A stretch of DNA of 64,000 nt from Octopus bimaculoides (taxonomy: Eukaryota): positions 35,801,227 through 35,865,226 of the forward strand of contig NC_068983.1 of NCBI RefSeq assembly GCF_001194135.2, read 5' to 3'. Positions 38,378-50,498 of this stretch are shown in pieces. The notes under the pieces were generated by a model. It ran no database searches. It worked only from the letters and a program-made list of their open reading frames with translations, and was not told the origin of the DNA. Made by a program: the position numbers and the translations under genes. Every line of letters starts with the position of its first letter. The first letter of the stretch is position 1.

Positions 38378-39958
38378 TAAATACTAATAATGATAATAAT
38401 AATAAAACCAAAACCCTACCAAATCAATTGGAAGGAAGAATTTCCATGAATGTTTTCTAGTTCACTGAAAGGACATTGCCACCCACCACTACCATCACCA
38501 CCATGCAAAGAACACTGAAGTGAATGAATCTAAATGGGGGAAGGGAGTTGCTTTATTGAAACGACAGCAGCCAAACCTTCCTAACTTATAAAGGGAAGGA
38601 TATATTGGCTAATATAGTTTTAGATATAGTTTTACATATGAAAACAGACTAGATGGTCACGTTTGATCATATCTACACAATCAGTGCTAGTTTTGAATTA
38701 AACAAGTTAAAAGAGGAGTTCAGCATATCAGGAGGCTTTATGAGCAAGAAATGGAGCAGTTAGAAACAGTAGCCAAATACCCATCAAAATCCATCTCACT
38801 GCCTTAAAAAAAGTAGAAAATCACATTAGGACTACCAGAAAATGAATATGACCAAAGCTGAAATGCTTTCCATTGTAGATCTCCAGGTCTCCTAGATGAG
38901 GACTGACCTAGGGTTAAAGAACCATCACTGTTCCAGGCCATACCAATTTTTTTTCACAACAGCCTCAGTGTAGCTCAGTTTGTGAGACACAGTAAAGAAA
39001 TTTTTTAAATCAGCCTACTGTCTCAAATTAGAAGTGAAAATTGGATAATGTAGCTGTAATTATACAAATAGATGGTATGGTCCAGGCTGGAATGCCTTTG
39101 ATCATAAGGTTTGCTGAATCAGGACTGATCAAGGGCGAGATGACAAATGATAACTTACTGTATTTCTAAGCCAATGTCATGCTGATATCACAACAATTTC
39201 TAAAGAGATAAAAATTCTTTCTATTTCTCATACTTTCTGTAAGGCAGTCATTGCATCAGTTGCATAATGGAAATAATTCCCAGACCATGAAATTGGAATG
39301 TTCCAGCAATCAGACAAAGCCATAGCAGTGCAACAGAAAAAGAATCCCAATTAATAGGCAAGTGATCTGATAAGGGAGAGAGCAGCAATATGAAAACAGT
39401 GCATCATCCCAAAACATTGTTCACATATTAATGATAAGTCTCTTCAGCTACAGAAAACAGGAGCTGAGATTAACAAAATTCCAACAAGGGAACTTGGCTT
39501 GACCTGCTACAAACAGCAGCCGTTTCTCCCTTATATCACACCCTACTGACTTGAAAAAGGGAGGATACATTGGATAATAATATTCCTAAATAATCTTAAA
39601 ATGACAGGATGGTATGCTCATTCAGGGTTAGTCTGGAGCAAAACAACAACTGGTACATTACTGTCATCAACCTGTCTAACAACAACAGCAATAATACGGT
39701 CATCATCATCATCATCTAGCGTCTGTTTTTCCATGCTGGCATGGATTAGATGGCTTGACTGGAACTGGTAAGTGGAGAGCTGCACCAGATTCAAGTCTGG
39801 TTTTGGCCTGGTTTCAACGGCTGGATGACCTTCCCAACACCAACCATTCCATAGAGTGTAAAGGGTACTTTTTACATGTCACTTGCATGGGTACCTTTTA
39901 CATATCCCCAGCACTAGTCACAACTATGATTTCATTTGGCTCAATTTATTTTCTCAAA

Positions 39959-40130
39959 CCAGAGGCGTAGCTAGGGTGGGGCAAGCAGGGCATATGCCCT
40001 GCGTGCCACTTTGAGGTGGGGGCCCAATTTTTGGCCAAAATCATTTTCTAATTAAGCCATTTCTATGCAAGTTTCCACTTTTTGGTTGAGGAGGGGTGCA
40101 ATTTTGATGCTTGCCCTGGGCAGACGTCCC
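39959..40130 (+). mobile_element. Truncated DNA-transposon MITE (hAT-like cagaggcgtagctagg end)
   Basis: GC-rich terminus; the second TIR was not found; joined to an RTE remnant. Confidence 0.4.
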
Positions 40131-40245
40131 TGTCTCAAGCAAAAGATCTTGGTCATTTGTCATTGCCTCCATGAGACTCAACAGACAAAGATCATGCTCC
40201 ATGTCTTCTTGAGTCTGCCTCTTCCACAGATTCCCTCCGCAGTTA
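40130..40245 (-). mobile_element. RTE LINE ORF2 C-terminal remnant
   Basis: ggaagaggcagactcaagaagacatgg...HDLCLLSLMEAMTNDQDL resembles the GRPRKTW...DL..L.L.E.M..DRD motif of RTE ORF2. Confidence 0.65.
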
Positions 40246-41457
40246 GAAATCAGGAATCTTTTCAATATATAGTAAACTCATCATGATAATGATGATCACA
40301 ATGATGATGATTGTTCTTTTCTTATCGTTTAAACAGTTTAACAACATCTAACTGACCAAACCTCTGATCAAAGGCACTGCAACCATGACCATCGTTGTTT
40401 TCTTTATTCAGTGTATTTGTACAGATTGATAGTATATATTTAATATAATTTTTTTTTCTTTTAAGATGTTAAGCTGGAATTTGAAGGAAATTTAGCTGTT
40501 TTTTTTTTTAGCAAAGCAAATGATCCTGTAGAAGCTGCTCCCTTGTTACTTCAACAGTGATATTTTATTGTTTATATATTCCCTCCTTTTCAAATAGTCT
40601 TGTAAGTAAATGGAAAAATATCTTTATGATTTCAAAGCTGCGTTTATCTGGCATATAAGTTGATCTGAGACCATTTATTGAAACCTAAGTAATTACATTG
40701 CAGAAGAGGCACTTTAAACATTAAAAAAAAAAAAAACTTGTTAAAAATATATTTCTCATTGATCTTGAGGTATTAAAATTCTTGACACACCACTATGATC
40801 TGTTCACTAACAGAGAGCCATGGAAATTTTGACACCTCAAGAAATCAACGAAAAATAAATGTGACAGTTTTAGTATGCTTTTAGATGGCTAAAATGGCTT
40901 TTACACAATATAAATTATCTTTAAGGTGATTTTAGAATGTCAACCAAAACATATGCAGAGAGGGAGAGAGAGAGAGAGAGAGAGAGAGCGCATAGGCAGT
41001 GTGAGAAGAGTTTGAAGGCAATTATCACATTTAAAAGAGAAAGTTTTTAGAAGACATTACATTATTTATGTGGCACTGAACTCTAGAAGGCAGAATGTGA
41101 GTGACACCTGTCACTTCATCTGCAGACAAATTGCTAACATCTGTTTTGGCAATTTGAGGAATAAACTTCCAATTTTGACATTTCAATAAATAGATGGGGA
41201 TGAAAAATTCTATTTGTAAAAAAGTCATAATATATCGCAACTCAATAATGTTCTAATTTGACTTCATTGAATTATAAATATTTTAATTTAATTCTTTAAT
41301 ATTTAAACCATACATAAAACGGTTTAGTAAGATGTTAAACATAGTCAATATAAGTATTTATTACATGAGAAAAGGAGTGTTAAATTTGGCAGAGATACAG
41401 TAAGGCACCAAACTAATATTTTCACCTTACAATATTCTGAACTGAAATTCCTTTCAG

Positions 41458-41554
41458 GTTGACTTTATCTTCCATTCCTCCAGATTCAAAAATATACTGG
41501 AGTAGATTTAATCAAGAATATATGCTCCCCACCCACTTTCGCATTAATATCCAA
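41458..41554 (+). CDS. Candidate internal exon (LTLSSIPPDSKIYWSRFNQEYMLPTHFRINIQ)
   Basis: Acceptor aattcctttcag, donor CAA|gtaaga, 97 nt, open frame; an alternative donor GG|gtaagt lies at 41671. Product not recognised. Confidence 0.35.
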
Positions 41555-42928
41555 GTAAGAGACCTATATCCATTGCTTACAACAATGAAGGAGCCTCTAT
41601 TTGATTGTGTGACCTGCAAGAAACAGTACCTAAACTGCCCTCAAAATCACATCCTGTCTTCTTTAAAAGGGTAAGTAGGAGTAAAGGTGGGATAGCCATG
41701 GTTAGAATGGCTTGAATGTAGGTTTGCTTGATTAGGGCTGACTTCATGCTAAACAAAAACTTGAAACAAGGACCCCAAAAAGTAGCTTCTATATAGTCAC
41801 TCAAGCTAAATTGCCCTCAATTTACTGTTTTTGCATGTATAAGCCATTGTGAGAACCTTTACATAATAACTTACCATGTTAGAAATAGTAACCAAATTTC
41901 CCTCAAATTACATCTTACTGATTTTATAAAAGGAAGGATACTTTAGATAATGTAGTTCTAGATATATTTTGCTTGAAAAAAGAAAAAGAAAAAAAGACAG
42001 GATGGAGAGGCTAAAATGTCTTTGATCAGAGGCTTACTAGATCAGAACTAACCAGGAGCAAAACAACAACAGCAACAGCTTGCAATGTAGGGACTTCTAT
42101 ATTTACTATTTGTCTTTCTCAATTCAGCAGTCAAAAGTCTTCCTTAAGGGCATGTTCTATAACAGAGATAATATGACCAAAGCCAAAATGGAAATGAAAT
42201 GATTTAATTCTTAACAATAAGAACAACAAACACAAAAAAAAACGACAGTTTATGCAGTCGATTGACTTGTTAGAAATAGCATTCAAACCTCCTCCTCCTC
42301 CCATCTCATACACATACCTGTCATCATAAAAGAGGAGATATTGAAAAAGGTAGTCTTAGATATAAATATAAAAATAGATTGTGAAGACTAGAAGATTCTT
42401 GATCATAGTTTTGACCTGGGGTTAAACAGTAGTAACAACACAAGCACCAACATTGACTTATATAGATAAGTTATCCTATTTACAGCAATATAACATTACA
42501 TTGATTTCTAACAAGCCTCAAATTTGAGGATAGGATAGTAGTATAATCAGCTAGACCTACACCAGTATTTAAGTGATATAATTTAACATTCCTGACACAA
42601 TCATTTATTTTCGTTTCCTGGTTGTCTCTCAGTATTATTTATATTACAATCTGTAGTGAGTGTGTATATTCTATTAGACACATGCTGCAGAATAAATAAA
42701 AATTTGAAGATCAAACTACGCTGCTAATAATGCTGTGTTTGTGGAGAATAATGGCTCCAAAAACGTTTTCTTTAAATTATTTATAAAGAAAATGTTATTA
42801 GAATTAAAAAAAGAACTGTAATCTAGTTGTAGGATTATAATATATACTGCATAAAAAGAAAAAAAATTAAGTCAAACTGTTTCATGTAATTTCTACAACT
42901 AGTTTTAACTATATTATATCATATATAC

Positions 42929-42962
<34 letters not shown>

Positions 42963-43062
42963 NNNNNNNNNNNNNNNNNNNNNNNNNNNNNNNNNNNNNN
43001 NNNNNNNNNNNNNNNNNNNNNNNNNNNNNNNNNNNNNNNNNNNNNNNNNNNNNNNNNNNNNN
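42963..43062. other. Assembly gap in (TA)n
   Basis: Run of N. Confidence 1.
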
Positions 43063-43789
43063 CACACACATATATATATATATATATATTTGTAGATAGA
43101 TGATGATAAAGACTGTTTTTAAATATTTAATGAGAATATTCTAACAGGCAAAGCAACAGACACTTCAGGTTTAGTTAAGAATTTTGTTAATATATTTAAT
43201 GCTATGAGCATCAAAAAGCTAATTAAAAATAATTATGCCTCCAAACTGCTAAATCTTTTTCCTTACCTCACTGTCAACCTTCACAATGTGTCTATGCGAA
43301 AATATATACACATGCTTATTATCTTCCCTATCTCCAAGAAAGCAACTTACTCCAATCTCATTAAAATAATTGCTTGTATGTAATCACTCTCATTCAAAAC
43401 AATGAAAAGATATCAATAAAAAAGTACCAAAAATATTCTGAAATTTCTTATTCTTCTCAACATTATATCCAGTACTTTGTATTAATTGTAATTCTCTACT
43501 TATAACATGGCATTTTTTGCTACATTCTGCACTGATGGACCTAGCCTGGTGTTTTTAATATTCTTGGCATAGACAAATTCTTGTACAACGGTAACAGGTA
43601 ACCCATCACTCTGCTTGACATAAAAATCTTTTAACAACCAAAGACCATTTCCCCAATCTGGTAATATTTCTTACACTGGCATAACAACACATATTTAGAT
43701 GGGATGGGTAAAACCAACACAAATTAGTTACTGGTCCTTTATTTCTTTTTTCATTCATTAACCCCAGAGAAATGTAATGATAAGTCAAA

Positions 43790-44049
43790 AGCTCTTTTCG
43801 AGAGTTGGGCCTCATGGAGGCAATAACTGAGAGCTCTGGCATTATGTTTTGCTTAAGAAGACTTACCAAGCCAACAAAATTGCAGTTGTGGTAGATACCA
43901 GTGTCATACCGGTGGCACATAAAAGCACCCATAAAGCACACATAAAAGCACCAGACTGAGGTCTGGTGCAGCCTTCCAGTTTGCCAGCCCTGGTCAAACT
44001 GTCCAACCCATGCCAGCATGGACAACAGACACTAAATGATGATGATGAC
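43790..44049 (+). mobile_element. RTE LINE 3' end including the last ORF2 codons
   Basis: cgagagttgggcctcatggaggcaataact (RELGLMEAIT) ...ctctggcattatgttttgcttaagaagact (LWHYVLLKKT), then UTR and (GAT)n tail. Confidence 0.7.
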
Positions 44050-46379
44050 ATCAGCTCCATTTTAACTAAAACAGAAAGTGGGCGGAGTAAATACTGCAAC
44101 GCATTTTGTCTGGCACTCTTCCTATTTTGCTCTCCACTGCCACTCTGAAAACATTTAATATCAAATTACATATGTAACACATTTCAAAAAATTATTTCAT
44201 CATTACTCCACTTCTCATTCATATCTCTCTACTTCAAGAACTAAAGTGTTTAGAGAGATTTTGTAGGTTACTTGTTTTTTCCTTATTTGGTTTGAAAACT
44301 ATTGTTTTATAGACAATTTAAATCAAATATATCTAAAAAAATCTATGAGAAAACATCAGTGGAGCAGTTATTGACATTGTACAAAGTCAAAACATCCCAA
44401 GTTGATTCATTAGAGCTACAATATTTAGACTTACATTGGTAAACACATTTTTTTTTTTACTCTTCAGCTTGCCCTCAACAAAATAAAAGAAAACCCTCAA
44501 ATGAGAAACTCTTCATTCAAACCAATTGTGGGTGATTACTTATGTTGAATCTTTTCACTCTTACTTTAACAATCTTAGTTACTCTAAAAGCACAAGCAAT
44601 ACTGAAAATACATTATAGTACCTTGTGCAAACATGGCCTAGTGGTTAGAGCAGCGGACTCGCAGTTGAGGGATCGTGGGTTTGAATCTCAGACCGGGCAA
44701 TGTGTGTGTTTATGAGTGAAACACTTAAGCTCCACACAACTCTAGCAGAAGGTAATGGCGAACATCTGCTGACTCTTTCGCCACAACTTTCTCTCACTCT
44801 TTACTCTTGCATCTAGCAGCTCACTTGCGACAGACCAGCATTCTGTCCATGTGGGGAACCTATACGCCAATGAAACCGGGAAAAATCGGCCCTTATGAGC
44901 CAGGCATGGCTTGAGAATGAACAAACAACATCAACAACAACCATGTGCAAATATGAAAGACTTCTGCATTTTGTCTAATTAAGTCTCACATCTTCCTTCA
45001 CCAGCCCTCCACCTCCTTTGCCAGCCCTCCAGCTCCTTTCTCACATCTTCCACAAACAAACTCTCTTGCCAGTCTGATGTAGTCAATTTACACCTCTCCT
45101 GAAATTTCTGGCCTTGTGCCAAAATTTGAAACCAATATTATCAACAGAACTGGCAGAACTGTTAGCATACTGGACAAAATACTTAGCCTAGTGCAGTGAG
45201 ATGTGACAGGGTGATGCCATAGTAGGATGGTGAGAGGGGGGTGCTATGCTAAGAGAAGTAAAGGGGAGCTAGAAGGAAAGAATGAACAGGTAGAAGGAGG
45301 AGGTGATACTTGGTGGGGTCAGCAGTTTATCAATGGGGAAACCAAAGGCTAAGAGTGAAAGATTGCAGAATTGAAAAATGAAGAATGAAAAAGGAAAAGA
45401 GTAAAATAAAAAATTTTAAAAAAAAAACTATCTTAAAAAATTAGAAAATGAAATTAAAATGAAAAGATGACGAGAAGCTGAGTTATTAATATAAAGTTTA
45501 GAAAGTTCAAAAGGTCGAGCAGTTTGTGTCTGTGAGAGAGAGGAAGAGGTAGACGGCTAGATGGACAGACGAATAGACTGACAGACCGTTCCAATTCTTT
45601 ACATTCTGATTTCAAATCCTGCTAAGATCAACTTTGCTTTTCAACCTTTGAGTGTGATGGCCAATACAATAAAGTACCAGTAAAGTACTGGAGTCAATGT
45701 AATCGACTTTGCCCCTCAGTCTAAAATTGTTGGCCTTATGCCAAAATTTGAAATAAAATATAAAAAAAAAAAAAAAAAACAGAGTAAAATACATTATTTC
45801 AAAAGTTTGACATATTTCGTATTTCCACGGAAAAAAAATTTAAAATATTTTTTTAAATGTTAAAAATTAAAATGGAATAAAGAGATGCGTTAATAGCATT
45901 ATGAAAACATTTTGGTTTATTTATTCATGTCCTATTTTTGATTGGTGAGATATTCAAGAGGTTCTTTAAGTACTGATAAAAGAATTTGCTTGAGAAAGGA
46001 ACAACTGCAACTATGGGCAAAATGTACAAAGCAGTTAGTTGGCTTAGAAAGTTAAGTAGATTCTTCAACACAAGAGTTACAGGTTTGTCCTTGTCTTGTG
46101 TGTCACTAATTAAGACAAGGAAGAATAAAAGAAGATAATGGGGAGAAATTGCTAAAGTTTCAAAACAAGAAAATAAAAGGAGAAAGTACTTATTTAGATT
46201 AGCTATTCACAAGCCTGTACGTAAGTGTGTACTTCACACACACACATACATACAATATGTAAGTGTATGCATGCACATACACAGAAATACACAATTTTAA
46301 GTATGATCACAGTATGGAATTAGCTACTGCATCTCCAGTAGCAACATTTGATACAAGAGAAGTTCCTTCAATACATATA

Positions 46380-47678
46380 TACAGGGGTTGGACAAAATAA
46401 TGGAAACACCTTAAAATTTCAAACATATTTATTTTGATATGGAGTAGGACCACCTTTGGCAGTAATTACAGCTTGAATTCTATGAAGTATGGACTCGTAC
46501 AAAGTTTGAATTGTTTCCAAAGGAATTTTTGTCCATTCTTCAGCTAAAACAGTCTCCGGTTCATGTAGTGATGATGGTGGAGGATATCGACTCATTACTT
46601 GTTTTTCTAAAATGCACCATAAATGTTCAATAATATTGACATCTGGGGGCTGTGGTGGCTAGATAAGATGTTCAACTTCACTAGAATGTTCCTCGTACCA
46701 TTCAGTAACAACTTTAGCTGTGTGAATTGGTGCATTACCATCCTGAAAGATTGTGTTTCCTGACGGAAACAGTTCCACAACCATAGGATGAATTTGATCA
46801 GATAAAATGCTTAAATAGTCTTGACTATTAATTCTGCCATGAAAGGAAACCATTGGGTTGGTGGATTTCCAAGATATAGCCCCCCCAGATCATCACAGAT
46901 CCTCCTCCATGTTTAACGGTTGGAAGAAGGCAGTCTGGGTCAAATGCTTCTTTTGGCTGTCTCCACACATAAACTCAGCCGGTGGTCGGGAATAGAGTAA
47001 AGGATGGCTCGTCCAAGAAAATAACATTCTTCCACTGCTCTAGGGACTAATTCTGTAGGTTTTTATGCCACTCTAAACACTTTGCAACGTTTGTTTTGAA
47101 AGTAGTGGTTTTCTGATTGCAGCCCTCCCAGTGAACAGTAGCAACATTTGATACGAGTTTCCTTCAATACAGCTCCCAGCGAACAGTTTTTGTGGAAACT
47201 GGGTTCTTGAGGTGGTCATTAAGCTCTGCAGTAATTTTGGGAGCTGTACTTTTGTGATCCTTTCTAACAATTTGTCTAAGAGTCTGACGATCCCTATCTG
47301 AAAGTTTTGGTTTTCTTTCAGAGTTTTGTTTCGACAAGGAGGTTTTTCCCTCTTTCTCAAAGCCTATCATTACTTTCGAGAAAGTACTTCTTGATACACC
47401 AAACATTTTGGCTGTTTTCATTATGCTAGCACCTGCCATACGAGTATCAACAATTTGACCTCTCTGAGAATCTGATAGATCTATCATTTTAATGAATTTT
47501 AATTACCTTTTTCTGATGATATCCAAAAAGAAACAGCAATTTTAGCAAAACATATTAAGCAACACTAATAATAAATAAAAAAACATAAAAATAAACAAGC
47601 TTTTGATGGTTTTATAGATATTTCAAAATTATGATGCTATGATGCTAGGTGTTTCCATTATTTTGTCCAATTCCTATA
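46380..47678 (-). mobile_element. Full-length inactive Tc1-like transposon (about 1.3 kb), probable DD36E
   Basis: TIRs TA-caggggttggacaaaataatggaaacacct and aggtgtttccattattttgtccaattccta-TA. Transposase pieces MIDLSDSQRGQIV..., [34 protein letters not shown]...PPQPPDVNIIEHLW, with stops and frameshifts. Confidence 0.92.
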
Positions 47679-48613
47679 TATTAGGAGTATTCATCTAAAC
47701 TCTGTTAACTCTTACCTACCAGAATGCCTGACAATCATTAAATATAACTATTGATGATTGCGCCAATGACATCCTCTACATGGTTATTTGATCTGCTAAA
47801 AATAGTAACCAAATCTTTCTAAAAAGCACATCCTGCCATCTTACAAGGAGGAGGAGGAGGAAATATTTGCTAATGTGTTCCTGAGGAAAAAGCCAAATGG
47901 TCATATGCCTTTGATGATAAATCTGTTTGATCAGAGCTGACCAGGGGGGGGGGGGTTAAACAGCAATGATTATTAATATCAGTATTGTGGATTCCCTTGT
48001 GGTAAATTGCTGGCAATAATGTCTATTAAGTACCTCTATTAAGTAACTCACAGAGTAGAAGCAATCTTTCTTTCTAAGCAGACAAGTGGCTTCTTACAAT
48101 GGCACAAAGTTACACATTTATGGAAAAGAGGTGTAACTAACACCTACCCCAGTACATAGCTGGTACTTTTTGTTGATGAAGTTAAGAGAATACAAAATAA
48201 ATTTGATCTCAGGACAACAAATTTGAATTTGTTTTATTTTTTTAATGCCTTAAAGAGAAGAGAAAAGACTGCTTTCATGTTCCTTTGTGAGGACTCTGAG
48301 ACAGATGAGAATAACAGAATCTTGATATCCTCAAACCAAAGGCTTATAACAAAGTAATCTCTTTGAAAGGTACCCACAGTGAGAAAGGGCTGCATGGATG
48401 TGTATACTAAACAGGCAAAAAGAACAAAAAATATTTTTTTATCTAATTTTTATACTTATTTTTACTCTAAGTATAAAAACAAAGAAAATGATGTTTTAAT
48501 TCTCTTAGATAATAACAATAAAGACAAAAGGGCAATAAAAGAAATGTTAGGTTCCTAAATTTAATATTTTCATTAAAATAATGAAGAAAATTCACTACAC
48601 TTTTTCTACCCAG

Positions 48614-48840
48614 AGCTGATTGAAGCATCACCATCATCATCAACCACATCTGATGATGAAGGAAAGTTAGAAAATACTTCATCACGGTATAAATCTTCCA
48701 TTTGGAACTTAATTTCCCCCATAGATAAGGGCCACTTACACTCAGGCACGTTTGATGAAGTAGATGCTCAGGAATCAATTGACAATGGCCGTATCCATGA
48801 AACATTTTTGAAACATCAAATGATGATGTCCACCATTTAA
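48614..48840 (+). CDS. Candidate terminal coding exon ((E)LIEASPSSSTTSDDEGKLENTSSRYKSSIWNLISPIDKGHLHSGTFDEVDAQESIDNGRIHETFLKHQMMMSTI*)
   Basis: Acceptor cactttttctacccag at 48598-48613, 74 open codons to TAA, protein-like composition; AATAAA downstream at about 49131 and 49341. Absent from the ORF track. Confidence 0.4.
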
Positions 48841-49026
48841 TGGTTAATCCAGGCAACAGATTGATTTCCCCATTCACAAATGCAGGGGAATGCAAACAAA
48901 TAATTTAAGACATCTATTCTGGAGGTTTGCCATATCTGCCACTCTATTGCTCTCAACAGACTATTAAGAAGACATTTTACAAGGGAAGGATGTTAGTTAT
49001 CTCAATCAAATCACATAACTATTTAT

Positions 49027-49158
49027 GTTCTTAGTCCCCTGATAGATGTTGCATACATTAATAATCAAATAGTAACATGCTTCAAGTCGACATCTGTGTT
49101 AAAGTATGCAGATGACAAAGTTGTACCTGGAATAAAAAGAACAGATCCTAGGCTATAG
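49027..49158 (+). mobile_element. Ancient non-LTR reverse transcriptase remnant (CR1/L2-like)
   Basis: VLSPLIDVAYINNQIVTCFKSTSVLKYADDKVV matches the VLGPLLF.IYINDL...YADD layout. Confidence 0.55.
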
Positions 49159-49349
49159 ATCTTTCCAGTAATCTGATATAGACACAATGCAGCAATGACT
49201 GCTGATAGGCAAACCAAGCTGGCTGTAGACACATGCACCACTCATTATTTTCATATGGTAAACCCACATTTTACCAACTCCTTTCAAAACACGACATTAA
49301 GATATCTGTTGGTGAATGTGACCTAAGCTTTATTGTTAACAATAAAAAT

Positions 49350-49745
49350 GGAACCTGGTGCAGCTCTCCAGCTTGCCAGCTCCTGCAAAACTGTCCAACC
49401 CATGTCAGCATGGAAAAGGGACATTAAATGATGATGATCATCATCATCGTCGTCATCATTGATTAACATCCACTTTCCATACTGGCATAGGTTGGACGGT
49501 TTGACTGAGGGCTGGTAAGTCAGAAGGCTGCACCAGGTTCCAATCTGAGCTGGCAGAATTTCTACAGCTGGATGCCCTTCCTAACGCCAACCATTCCAAG
49601 AGTGTAGTGGGTGCTTTTTGCATGCCACTGGTACAAGGGCCAGTCAGGCGGTACTGGCATTGACCACACTTGAATGGTGTTTTTTACATGCCACCGGCAT
49701 GGGTGTCAATCAGGTGGTACTGTCAAGATCTTTGTCAGCCACTCA
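49350..49745. mobile_element. Two RTE 3' ends joined tail-to-tail (+ 49350-49439, - 49440-49745)
   Basis: Junction ttaaatgatgatgat|catcatcatcgtc; arms complementary over about 90 bp. Confidence 0.85.
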
Positions 49746-50025
49746 CCAGCTACTTCTTTAACACTAGATATGATTTTGGTACATCCATACTAACAGTTTG
49801 CATCTCCAGTCTGGAACCCCATTCTTGTAGAATATCAGCTGGAAGTTGTCTAGAGACATGCAACCAGATAAATACCCTGTATCAGCCAATAAGCTTATTA
49901 TTATTTCTTCTCTGGGCATCAACACACTAAATTTTCAAGATCTAGTAGTTAATTTTGTAGAAGCCCACAAAATTATAAACCAGCAACAATTTTGGTCACC
50001 TTCTTTAATTCATGGATATGCTTAA

Positions 50026-50246
50026 CCCTTTCTTTACTGTATTCATTTTGAGATGCTCTGTGTTTCTTTCAATTACTTTAAATATAACAAAGAATTTAGT
50101 AAAATAACTTAGTTATCATTAAGTTAGTGTTAGGAACATAAATTGTAGCTAAGGTTTGGTGGAAGATTTTAATTCAAAACTTATGAAAACAAGACATTTG
50201 TACTACAGACCCAGAAGCGGTTTCATCCGGGTTGGTATCAAAAGGG
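50026..50246 (+). mobile_element. piggyBac-type MITE
   Basis: TTAA|ccctttctttac ... ggtatcaaaaggg|TTAA. Confidence 0.85.
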
Positions 50247-50277
50247 TTAAGAATTGTTTTTCTATTACATATTTTAA

Positions 50278-50498
50278 CCCTTTTGTTACCATATTTCTTT
50301 TGAGATGCTCTGTGTTTCTTTCAATTAATTTTAAATATGACAAAGAATTTAGTAAAATAGCTTAGTTATCATTCAGCTAGTGTTAGGAACATAAATTATG
50401 ACTAAGGTTTGGTGGAAGATTTTAATTCAAAACTGATGAAAACGAGACATTTGTACTCAGAGCCAGAGCCCGTTTCAGCCGGGTTGGTATCAAAATGG
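50278..50498 (+). mobile_element. piggyBac-type MITE, second head-to-tail copy
   Basis: TTAA|cccttttgttacc ... ggtatcaaaatgg|TTAA. Diverged copy at 60984-61183 and a partial end at 63541-63578. Confidence 0.85.

Noticed and set aside
48467-48895. 142-aa minus-strand ORF
   Set aside because: Composition follows AT-rich and (GAT)n sequence; the overlapping plus frame with an acceptor is the better candidate.
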